Shown here: piece by piece, positions 34,701 through 45,346 of the stretch
How the letters are laid out: the number at the start of each line of letters is the position of its first letter
Position numbering within the stretch: the stretch's first letter is position 1
From: Phoronis australis
Lineage: Eukaryota > Animalia > Phoronida
Assembly (NCBI GenBank): GCA_002633005.1
Contig: NMRA01000690.1
Location: 68,365 to 132,364 of the forward strand
Direction: 5' to 3'
Length of the DNA: 64,000 bases
Notes under the pieces: model-generated
Database searches by the model: none
What the model was told of the DNA's origin: nothing
Seen by the model: only the letters and a program-made list of their open reading frames with translations
Translations under genes and position numbers: made by a program

Positions 34701-37700
34701 ACATCCGGTCAGAGCTATCTCCTTTTAGACAAAACAGTTTTTATTTATCTTGACTTAAAAACGGTTTTTGCTGACCTGATTTTGAGCGGGCTCACGAAAA
34801 AAATGCTTTCGATTTCCCCTTGTTGTTTGGCAGTTCTCGGTGAGCTGACTCAAGATCGGGCCGTCTCGCACGTGTGATGTTTCTGGTATGTGATCCGAAG
34901 TTCTTTCGGTCCTTACATCTTCATAATTAACGTTTGCAAACTGAGGGCGTAAATCTAGGGTTACGGGACGTGTTAAAAACTCGGAGCTTCAGTTGGGTTA
35001 GATGTCGCTCACGGTGTTGTGATACGAGACGTTGTTATAGATTATGTACGTGACAATTGTTGCAACGTTGTAAGCTGTCGTGGCCCTGGTGAGGAATGTA
35101 TCCTTACACTATGTATTTGAATAAGGTTATGTTACGTATTAGAATGTATATGTGCATTGTAGGGCCGCAGTCTTGGGCACAATTTTACAAATCGTGCGGC
35201 GGAGAACAGCAGTCGCCGATTAATTTCAACTCCAGCAATTTGACTTTTGACCCCCAGCTGCCGGGTGCCATTCAGCTGACCGGATACGAAGCCTCTAGTG
35301 GAAAATGGTTGGTGAAGAACAATGGTTACCATGGTATGTAAGAATATTTTCCCTCTACCTGACGATTAGAGATTCCATGTGCTGAGAAGATGCCGATTTC
35401 CCATATTCCAGTTATACAGAAGAGATTGTTTTTGTCAATAAAAAGCTTACGGGCGGCTCGATACTCACCAGGTGATGTTAGCAATCACAGATTTCTCTTT
35501 TTACATCTGGAACCATTGGCGGCATCACTCAAGCAATTCCATGATACCAGGAGATGTTATCTCTTCCTGATGATACTAAATATATGCCGACCATTCTGTC
35601 AGGGTCGCGGAGGATCTAAAATTATTCGTCCCTAAATTACCGGAACGCAGAGGTTATTTTACATAGACTTTTCTCGTGGATACGATTATATTCCATCTCT
35701 GTGATTTCTTTCCAGTGACAGTTGAACTTCCGCCTGGAATTACCATTCAAGGGTCAAAGTTGAGCGGTCTTTACGAGGCTGCACAGTTTCACTTTCACTG
35801 GGGTAGCACAGATGGACATGGGTCAGAACACTTGGTTGATGGCCACAGGTATCCCATGGAGGTACGGTACATCTTCCTTCCGGCTTAACAACGCAATTTT
35901 ACTTCGCTTTCAAACCAAAGTTAAATTGGCTTAGAATCAATTGACCCATGGTGTAGCACTTGCAAAACTGTTCCGTTACCTTGACTCTTTTTGCCTCGAT
36001 GCGACGTCAAGTGAAGCAGGGCTGCGAGTTTTTTGTTCGAAAAGATCGCGAAACTAAAAACACCGCGCTAATTTTTGGCGAGTCCGCAGGCGATCTAATC
36101 GGAGAATCTATTTGCAATAAATTGTTATTCGAGTTCCCTTTATCATCTCATTTGCAGCTTCATGTAGTCCACTATAATACAAAGTACGGGTCGATGGAAT
36201 CGGCCGCCAGTAAAGACGATGGATTGGCGGTACTGGGAGTTTTCATTGAGGTAAGACACCATTTGAATCTATTCTCTGTGAAATCATTTTCTTTGTCAAG
36301 ATATAGAAGTGAGCGTCAGTCTTTTGGCTTTCCTCTTGTAATCTTGTCGTTGATGCGCTTTCGAGGAAGAGACGGTTTTCAGATCAGCTGCTTCGACGAG
36401 TAGCCTCGTACCCAAATGGCACAATACCGCCTATCATGGTTCTGTGGAATTTACCCATAACAACGTGCATCGGCAAAGCACTTGTTTCTTTATTACGATA
36501 TACTGCTGATTATCAATCGATATTCGTCATTCCATTGGCAATAGTCATGCGCGCACCCNNNNNNNNNNNNNNNNNNNNNNNNNNNNNNNNNNNNNNNNNN
36601 NNNNNNNNNNNNNNNNNNNNNNNNNNNNNNNNNNNNNNNNNNNNNNNNNNNNNNNNNNNNNNNNNNNNNNNNNNNNNNNNNNNNNNNNNNNNNNNNNNNN
36701 NNNNNNNNNNNNNNNNNNNNNNNNNNNNNNNNNNNNNNNNNNNNNNNNNNNNNNNNNNNNNNNNNNNNNNNNNNNNNNNNNNNNNNNNNNNNNNNNNNNN
36801 NNNNNNNNNNNNNNNNNNNNNNNNNNNNNNNNNNNNNNNNNNNNNNNNNNNNNNNNNNNNNNNNNNNNNNNNNNNNNNNNNNNNNNNNNNNNNNNNNNNN
36901 NNNNNNNNNNNNNNNNNNNNNNNNNNNNNNNNNNNNNNNNNNNNNNNNNNNNNNNNNNNNNNNNNNNNNNNNNNNNNNNNNNNNNNNNNNNNNNNNNNNN
37001 NNNNNNNNNNNNNNNNNNNNNNNNNNNNNNNNNNNNNNNNNNNNNNNNNNNNNNNNNNNNNNNNNNNNNNNNNNNNNNNNNNNNNNNNNNNNNNNNNGGG
37101 GGGGGGGGGGCCCGGGCCCCCTGGGCCCCCCCCAAATCCGCCTATGCTATATTGGAACAGTAATAACAACAACGGGAACCGAAACACATGAGCCCAAGCT
37201 GTATTCGTCATCATCGCCGTTCCTGTCCTAGCTTCTCTGCTGCTGCTTTTGCTGTTTCTGATAGTGGCGGCGGCGCTGTTTTGTTGACGTACATGTAGCT
37301 TCAGGAGTAGCCAACACGATTAGCCAGAATCTAACATGGCCTTGGGTGTCCATATGTTTCACCTACATTCTTCTATTGGAAATTGTGGTTCAGGGGTACC
37401 ATAGGATATCATACACATCCATCGCATCCTAGGCACGAACTACCTACGAACCTATAAATCATGCATACGAACCCAGAAACCGTGCATACGAACAAAAACT
37501 ATGCTACACAAAAATCACATTGAAATCATACTCACGAACCCCCAAGAGATAAAGTGTTCGTGAGTGTGATTCGATGCTCGTGGGTATGATTTTGTGTTCG
37601 TGTGTCTGATGTTTGTGGTTCGGCGAGCACGATTTTTTTCGTATGGGTGACTTTTGAGTTCGTATGCATGATTCTCGGGTTCGTAGTTGGTTCGTGCGTA

Positions 37701-40175
37701 AGTTGCGATGCTGCTGCGTATGATTCTACGGTAGCCCTGTGGTTGTGACATCTTACAACAGTTGCGGATTTAGGGGAAAGGGGGGAAAGAGGGCCCCCCT
37801 AAAATTCTCCCAGATTCCCTTTGGCGGTTCGGGGGTGCGAATGTCTGGCGGGTAAAATTTTGGCTAATACTCTGTCCTGCTCCCCAACTCAAAACCCTGA
37901 ATCCGCCCCTGTACATGTACTGTATATCCGCCGGTGCAACATGTTATTAAGGAACAACTTGAGACTGCGGTTCAACAACAGTAAGTGACTACTTTTGACT
38001 GACGACCGGCTTAGTACCATTGTTGAAATTTTTCTCCTATATAACACACATCACTGTTACACATATATTTTACAGGTTGGAAATCATAACCATGCCTATG
38101 AAGAGTTGACGAGTAAACTCCCGAAGATCCAGCGCAAGGGTAAGCTTTCAGTCTTGTTTAAAAGACAATCTAAGCGGGTGATTGGCCTGGATATTATCTA
38201 TCTGCCTGTTTCGCTAGTATTGTTTCCGGCCATGCTCTCTCGCGCGAAAATGAGACACCACAGTAGCCGAGTTTTCTCGCTCGAAATCCCACAGCATGTC
38301 GTCAACGCGATTTGTGATATTGTTACATGTATGTACTCATTCTGTCGCTCGTTCTCACTTCAGTTTGTAACCACCAAAGCACCTGAAAAACTTGCACCTT
38401 GTCGACGAGTATGTGTATTTAGCGAAATATCTTTAAGACTAGAGATTTTAACTCAGTAAAACTTCGCAAATTCTGAAAGTGGAAAGCCTTTAGGAGTTGA
38501 TTGTTGACTTAATACCATTCAGGCAATAATTGGGAAAGGAGAAAAGTAAATTCGTCGTAAAACGACGGTATCATTGCTAAATTCTATTTGATATGAATTT
38601 TCAAGATGAAATCTAGAAAACTGCATCATTTTTTCCACCAAGTTATTGTTCAAATATTGAACTGCATAAAAATCGTAAAAGTTTTATCTTTGGTAGCTGC
38701 TCATGCAAAAGTAGAACATTCTAGGAACAATTCTTAATAGCGTTCTGGAGAATAATACAAGCAGGGTATCTGAAAGTTTAGCATGAATCTCAACAGCCAC
38801 TCCTGAGATAAGATGTTCCGAATTTAGGACATTTTATTGGAATTTTTCTACCGTCCTGCATAACCTTAAGTTTCGAATTGCGTGTTGTCATGCCTTTTTA
38901 CGTCACTTCCTTGAATGGAAAATCAAAGATTACGTTTAGTCCAGAACATGGTCAAGAACCATCGCATGCAACTGCATCTTTCTTTCTAGGTGACTCGTTC
39001 AGTATGGCTGCTAAGAATATGCGCGCATTTCTGCCACGTGACGTGTACGGCTACTTCCGGTATCACGGTAGTTTGACCACACCTCCTTGTTACGAATCAG
39101 TGACGTGGACAGTGTTTGAACAAACTGTGAAGTTATCTCAAGATCAGGTAACTTCTTTGATTGAAAAGACAACTGTACGAACCACCGTTGATACTGTAAC
39201 GCCTGGTGCTGTGTCGGGATCACCAGCTTTTCCCCTAATTATACGATGCAAAAATAATTTTCCACGGCGCATTCGCGTGCGGATTACTAACGTAAAATTT
39301 CTCAATATCACTAATTACGTGATGAATATGTTGTAGGCCTCCCAAAGGGCTTATTGTTACTTTTCTGCACTTATGTGAACACGGCTCACGAGCATAATGC
39401 AAATTAACCCGCAATTGTAAGCAAGGCCCGTGGTCTCTTCGATGTTTACCCACGTGTTTGTAAAACCCTCTCTGCAGATTCACATCGTAGGCCTATACGA
39501 CTTTATAATCGACTTTCGTATGCATGTACGACTTATCGGAGTGTGTAGATATACACGTGTCCCTGTTTTAGAGCTAGAAGTCGTTATGATAGGCTTCTAA
39601 TGGGTTGAAATAGATAATTCATTTTGCTCCGATTTTCCCTCCACTAAGTGGAAATCTTATGTGACGTTTGAACCACTTACTACACACTCCGATGGTCATG
39701 TGTGATGGCGTCATAAACCGGTTTCAGAGTATCCGAGTACGAAAATCGTTCTTTTTGACGGCGCACGTGTGCAGTGTTCCTAATTGAAGACTAAACTATC
39801 TTCGTAAGTGCTTGAGTCACGTTGTTCATATAACCCTGTCTATAATCTGGTTGGTGTTCAAAGTTTAAAACTCTACCTAGTCTTACGCTTTGTATTCTAA
39901 TTGCGCGTCTTTTCGTTCTTCAACAGATTGGGAATTTCCGCGCCATGCACTTCGAAAGTGAACCGTCGCGCCCAGACTTCATGGTGAATAACTTCCGGTC
40001 TCTGCAACCAATTGGAAAGCGTGTTGTTTTCACCAGTAGGGACTATAGTTCCACACACGCTTTGAGCCAAAATTTTAAAGAAAAATGGTTCTTTGTAGCA
40101 GTTGTCGCTCTTATGTTTTTCGTGCTAGGTCGCTCTTCGATTCGACCTAAAGCTTCAATATTCAAAGAGGACTAG
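31741..40175 (+). CDS. Alpha-carbonic anhydrase, signal peptide plus C-terminal hydrophobic anchor (CA4/9/12/14-like), ~324 aa
   Basis: Exons 31741-31795 (alternative 33719-33806), 34052-34090, 35163-35333, 35716-35861, 36158-36250, 38076-38139, 38990-39147, 39927-40175. Motifs WSY, GP..W, C.G..QSPIN, QFHFHWG, GSEH, ELHVVH, GLAVLG, YFRYHGSLTTPPCYESVTWTVF, NNFR..QP. All three Zn-binding His, the Glu106 and Thr199 equivalents and the extracellular Cys pair are present. Confidence 0.95.
33719..33806 (+). CDS. Carbonic anhydrase alternative first exon 1b (MSTRLMASFTGNKIQIFVVIIYMLGYHAT)
   Basis: ATG, hydrophobic stretch, perfect CAG|gtaagt donor in phase 1, TATA-like AT tract ~50 nt upstream. Confidence 0.55.
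34052..34090 (+). CDS. Carbonic anhydrase exon 2 (DAGDWSYLTKHRT)
   Basis: WSY motif; ttgcag acceptor and G|gtat donor. Confidence 0.88.
35163..35333 (+). CDS. Carbonic anhydrase exon 3 (GPQSW...QSPIN...NNGYH)
   Basis: Alpha-CA motifs; canonical splice sites. Confidence 0.95.
35716..35861 (+). CDS. Carbonic anhydrase exon 4 (QFHFHWG...GSEH...YPME)
   Basis: His94/His96/Glu106 equivalents. Confidence 0.96.
36158..36250 (+). CDS. Carbonic anhydrase exon 5 (LHVVHYN...GLAVLGVFIE)
   Basis: His119 equivalent; GAG|gtaag donor. Confidence 0.96.
36559..37097. other. Assembly gap
   Basis: N run bordered by MITE-like ends. Confidence 1.
37391..37739. mobile_element. Fold-back MITE with ACGAAC subterminal repeats
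   Basis: CAGGGGTACCATAG / CTACGGTAGCCCTG termini, TGGTT 5-bp TSD, ACGAAC units on the left mirrored by GTTCGT units on the right. Confidence 0.8.
37759..37911. mobile_element. Short MITE family A
   Basis: CAGTTGCGGATTTAGG / CCTGAATCCGCCCCTG; flanks TACAA / TACAT. Confidence 0.8.
38076..38139 (+). CDS. Carbonic anhydrase exon 6 (VGNHNHAYEELTSKLPKIQRKG)
   Basis: tttacag acceptor and G|gtaag donor; phases fit. Confidence 0.9.
38990..39147 (+). CDS. Carbonic anhydrase exon 7 (YFRYHGSLTTPPCYESVTW)
   Basis: Thr199 signature. Confidence 0.96.
39927..40175 (+). CDS. Carbonic anhydrase last exon (NNFRSLQP...WFFVAVVALMFFVLG...)
   Basis: caacag acceptor; N.R..QP motif; hydrophobic tail; TAG stop. 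Confidence 0.92.
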   Translation: MGNFRAMHFESEPSRPDFMVNNFRSLQPIGKRVVFTSRDYSSTHALSQNFKEKWFFVAVVALMFFVLGRSSIRPKASIFKED

Positions 40176-40245
40176 GTTTTTGTCCCACGCAACGCTCTTA
40201 CCATATTTGTAAAATGGGCTTACCTACACACGACTTAAGTACCCG

Positions 40246-41094
40246 TTTTTATGCGCCCACATATTTATATGTGGTCGTATATTGCCGTCATCTCTGTCTG
40301 GGCGTCCGGGTGTTCGGCGTCCGGCGTCCGTGGCTGTATCTCCTAAACCCCTTGCAGGATCATATTTAAATTTGGCAGGTGTGTTCCTATGGGGTCTACG
40401 ACAGAGCGGGGCGACGAGTTTCGGACGGACCTGAATACCGCTGTGCCCCCTAGTGGCATTTTAGTTTTTTTGAAATTTAGTACATAGGCAGCATCTATTA
40501 ATGAGTTGACGCTAGCCGTTCATCTTCGGATTGATTCAAGGTTTTTTACGCCACCCAGTGGCCATTTTTGTTGTTTTTGAGTCTGTTTTGTGGCGTTCGT
40601 CCCACTGTCAACCAAACCACTCTAAGGATGATTGTGAAAGTCTGCATCCATGTACTTTGTATGAAGGGGAGGGTTGCCGATGATTTTCTGATGACTTCGA
40701 CTACTGTGGCGTCTCCTAGTGGCATTTTTTGCACCCCTACCTCCATCTCCTAAGCCCTCTCCAGGATCTTTATCAAATTTAGCACGTGTACAGTATTCAT
40801 ATGAAGTTAACAAGAGAAGATGACGACTTTTAGACTGATCCGATGAACACTGTGCCCCTTAGTGGCAATTTCGTTTTTTGTTTTCCTCTGTTTCTCTGAA
40901 GTTCCTCGGAGAATTTTAAGTAAAGTTGGTAAATGACTTTCTTTTAAAGAAACGATTTTTTTTTACTTTCAGACGGATTCGATGTATTTTGCGCCATCTA
41001 GTGGTCATTTTAATGACACAAATAAACAACACTAAAAGCCCACCATTTGCAATGCATTAGTGGGCGCATTTTAACGCTCCGCGTTGCTCTTGTT
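40246..41094 (+). mobile_element. HINE/DINE-1-like element, shorter copy, just 3' of the CA stop
   Basis: Sub-TIRs ATGCGCCCAC / GTGGGCGCAT; same termini and core as 20922-22354. Confidence 0.85.
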
Positions 41095-41699
41095 CATATT
41101 TTCCAAGGTTCAGGCTACATATAGCGTGGAAACAATTTCAGGCCCTCACAACTTAAGTTCAGCGTGGATCCCTAACTTAAGTCCTGAATCAAAACAAATA
41201 GGCCAAACCCGCGGTACAAAATCCATACCCGTGTCCCTAAACTCCGCACACGAATAGAAAATATTCCATACCCAATAACCATTCTCTGGATTCCTGAGCC
41301 GGACCCCGGAGTGGTCCATATCTGGAGTACACTGTATCTAGACTGATTTTCGGCTTTCCAGAGTGTATTGAGCCGATTTAAGCCGTCGTGTGTGTGGTCA
41401 TTGAATTTGTATCACAGGTTTAGTGTTTGCTGGTCCAAGACTGAAGTTTAGGGTACTGAAGCTGTAATTTAGAGACTTGATCAAGGAGACGTTTCCACTC
41501 CCTGTGCCAACACTGTTCAATGTCCGGGGCCATGTATTGTTGTCGACATATAAACCAAATCATGAGACAGCTTTCGTATCCATCGAAAGAGGGCGGCACT
41601 TTCCAGATTTTACAATATGAAATATCAACATTTGCATTAAATCTCCCCTTACTGGTTGTAACTTTGCATCTCCTAGTTTTCTTAAAGAAAATTCTGTAT

Positions 41700-41908
41700 T
41701 ATATACATACGAGACATATACATAAACATATACATATATATACATATATATATACATATGCATGTATATACAAATATAAGCATACATACACACATACATA
41801 CATACATACATACATACATACGTACAAACATACATACATACATACAAACATTTATTCATAAATACATTCATTCATTCATGCATACATACGTACATACCTT
41901 CATACATA
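41700..41908. repeat. (TACA)n/(TA)n compound microsatellite
   Basis: Directly visible. Confidence 0.95.
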
Positions 41909-43205
41909 AATAAATATTGTTCAGCAACAAGTCGTCATTTCTAAGCAACTAGCACAGAATTAGAATCAGAAATATTTATTGTATGCAAGCCTTGGCCTCA
42001 TAATACAGTTAACAATACAAATTTAAATTATAAAACTTCAACTTTATCACTGTTATTCTTGAAATATGTAACACCAGGATTGCTCAAAACATTTCTTAAG
42101 ACGACAGTCGTGAATTGAAAGACATTGAGTTTGAAAGGGTGACTTTTTCCAAGCTCTTCTTTAAAGAGATCAGTTTGCAAGTGGTTCCGCACTAGACGAT
42201 GTTGGCAACAAAGTCGCCGAAGACGTGCTCAAGTATTTGTAGTGCGAATATAATATGATTCATCGCGTAGTGTTAATTAACTACGTGTATGCCTTTTCCT
42301 GCATGACAGAATCCTATGTTTGTTTGTCTTCATGTAACTTACATATATTATAAATTGACAACGAGTTTGTAAAAATGGAAATAACAATTTTAAATAAACC
42401 TGACAAGTTGTTACATGTCGAGATGAAAGTGTTCACATAACGTACATAGTTTTCTTTTTTCTACTGGTCGGTCAATAATACGCGTTGTCTTGGTGACAGC
42501 AAGTTCGCATTTTTTTTCTCTAAATCACAGCCCGAGTGTGTTTAAACCCGGTAATGAACATAAGGTATGGTGTTGTGTTTGTCAACTAATTACCGTCCAG
42601 GTAAGTACTGGTAAGTACAGGTAAGTAAATTTTCTGGCCTTCTTCAGACTGCGAGTCAACACGTTTCTAGTGTGTGCATATGTCAACAGTGCGAGGTATC
42701 GATACCGCCTTGTGAATATATTAGGGAGAGTTCAACCTGCGGTCACCCGGGCATTATCGCGGAGCCCAACAGATGGTCAGGCCCAGTGAGTGTTTAAAGT
42801 GACATAGGTTTTTGGCCGAAAATTGAATTTTCGGCATTATTGTTGAATGAGATGGACTTCTTAATGTTAGTAGTTTTGACCAGAACTATAAAATAACAAA
42901 ATCCTTCGTGATTTTGCAATTTCATTACAAATCGCCTTATTCTTGCTAAAATCAAGACCTGTGTCTTAACAAACTTGGACTGCTGTGCTAAATGTACAGT
43001 AATACAGTAGTTCTACAGAGCGGGATTTGGTTCAGTGACAGCTCCATCAGATACTGCAAACCTAGGTGGGTTCGATTCCGCACTGCTGCTAATTTCGTCG
43101 ACAACTTCCCTTTATGTACCAAAAAAAAGGCAAATTTAAAAATTACTAGGAAGTAATATTTGTGATTTTTTCAAAATCGTGTATGAACCAACTTCCGACG
43201 CTTTA

Positions 43206-43642
43206 AAGTTATGTAGGTTATTATGGACAAGCCTATCTGTGCATTGAGCCCAATATACATATTTGTCAGCGTGAAAAAAGCCTACAGAATTTGATATTTC
43301 ATTTTACACCAGTCTGCCGTTGATTGGGTCACGTGACCATGTGTTCAGTAGAATTTGGCTAAATATAAAAGCAGCATCACTACCATATCTAAATTTCGTT
43401 TAATATAAAGACGGTTATTTTTTAATTACCTTGTCGTTTTTGCTTATGCAACTTTTCAGTTACATCGTTAACGTCATAAAAGTTTCATTTTTATTATCCC
43501 TCGTGCAAAAATGGACGGACCTAAAAGAACAATGCATGAAACATGGTTTCTGAACGTTTCATATGAACCTCGTCAGCCATTTCGAAGACATGATATTCTG
43601 AAGTTTGTCAAATTTGAACATTTTGCTAACGCCCCATATAAC
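43206..43642. mobile_element. Old TTAA-flanked element (Kolobok-like), degenerate
   Basis: ttaa-AGTTATGTAGG ... CCCCATATAACC-ttaa; core CTCRTGCAAAA...AGAACAAT also near 20425 and 38700. Confidence 0.45.
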
Positions 43643-43675
43643 CTTAAAAGCGTTGATTTTTTACATGCCAACAAC

Positions 43676-43838
43676 CAGTGGCAAATTTAAGGGAGAGGGG
43701 GGCAAGAGGACCATGCCCCCCCCCTCCTAAAATTCTCCCAGATTCCAATCGGCATTTCATGGGTGTAAATGCCGGTCTGACGGGCAAAATCCTGGTTAAT
43801 CTACCGCCCTCTAATTCAAATCCCTGGATACGCCCCTA
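43676..43838. mobile_element. Short MITE family A
   Basis: Same core, with degenerate termini. Confidence 0.72.
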
Positions 43839-45255
43839 ATAAATACAACATGTATTCACTTACTCCCAAAATGAAAGTTTGTATTGTTTTTTCCTACTCT
43901 GTAAACCCTCTGAGATGATCACAACGATCTCAAGGTAAGCTACACAAAATGCAGTTTCAATCTCAACACAAACGTAACTTAGAATAAAAAATGTTTCCAA
44001 ATAATCCTCTTCCCACGTGACAGCGAATGCTTTCGAATTCATAATCAACAGGGTTCAAAAATACTTTGATTGAATTTGTGGAGGTCAACCACAGAAATTT
44101 AACAACCTGATTGACTAGCACATAAATGTGCAAACGCTTGAAAATTGATACTGAAATAACGCAGATGCACGTACATACCGTAGGCCCGAAACTCCTTACA
44201 AAATTCACCCAGTCGCCCAGTACATGTTCCCCTTTTTCTGCATATTTTTCACGTGCGTCACTGATTTCGTATTCCTTTTACATAAACTTTCATCAATATA
44301 TTTTGAAATTGGTCACTGGCGGATCCAGGATGTCGTAAGGGGGAGCCCAACCACTGTTTTCAAAGGAAAACCTCGAACTTGTGAAACATTGGTGTCGGCG
44401 GGCCGAAGGCGTTTTTTGGTCATGTCCGTAATGGAGTTCGGACCTTCTGCCCCCCAACTCCTCTTAATATGCTCTCGGAGTCAAACAATATTCGTTGTTC
44501 TTACCTAGTTTGAAATACCCGAACATTGATGGAAGGAAGACAAATTTCAATGGGTATCTAATTCTAATTACATGGTGTATCATGTTTTAGCAGAATTGCA
44601 TTTCTGTTTGCTTTGCTAAATAGTTGTAAAATCTGCATTCAATGTTGTTTGAATTTGTTTCGCAATATTCAAATTAGCTGAAACCCTGACATCTATTTCC
44701 GTGTTTTAGCGAGATACTGTTCCCAACTCTCGAGTTGTCAGCGAGAGTCGAGATTTCCTTTCCGACGTCCCGACTGACGAATTAATTACGTCTTCGATAT
44801 ATATCCAACTAGTATGAAGCCCCTAATGTAAACAGTACGTCAGTGGTCACCATGACAACGGGGAAAGATACGAAACTCGATACCCGAATTAAAAAAGTAA
44901 AATATTACTGCAAATAAAAACTGTCACATTGTAAGTCCCATGATGGATGGAGTTTAAAGATTTCGGCTTTTTATAAATTCATTGTCGCGGATAAAAAGTA
45001 TTTTAGGAAGGTCGGTACACAAATCTCGGCGCTTCCAATAAGTCCTTTCGAGTTGTTTTTGTAATTAAGGTTCCTTTGTGGAGAGCTTTAACACATGACT
45101 GTTAATATTAAAACAATTTGAATCAATATTTGATTGATGAAAAGCTCTTTGAAGTATTCTCAAGTTATATTTTTTCTAGGCGTATCGATAAATCGCAATT
45201 CTCTTGACGAGAACAAACAGACAGATATCACCTGACTGTTATGTCTTTTAGAAGA

Positions 45256-45346
45256 TTTATCATCATGATAGTGTATAACTTTATTATTATGGTAGTGTAT
45301 AACTTTGTTATCATGATAATGTATAACTTTATTATCATGGTAGTGT
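45256..45346. repeat. ~24-bp minisatellite, ~4 copies (TTATCATGRTAGTGTATAACTTT)
   Basis: Directly visible. Confidence 0.85.

Noticed and set aside
37192-37287. Very hydrophobic frame AQAVFVIIAVPVLASLLLLLLFLIVAAALFC* in a CA intron
   Set aside because: Immediately preceded by a stop, no good acceptor, low-complexity CTG/GCG sequence
41520-41871. ORFs with HTYI/YVCM repeats
   Set aside because: Translation of a (TACA)n microsatellite
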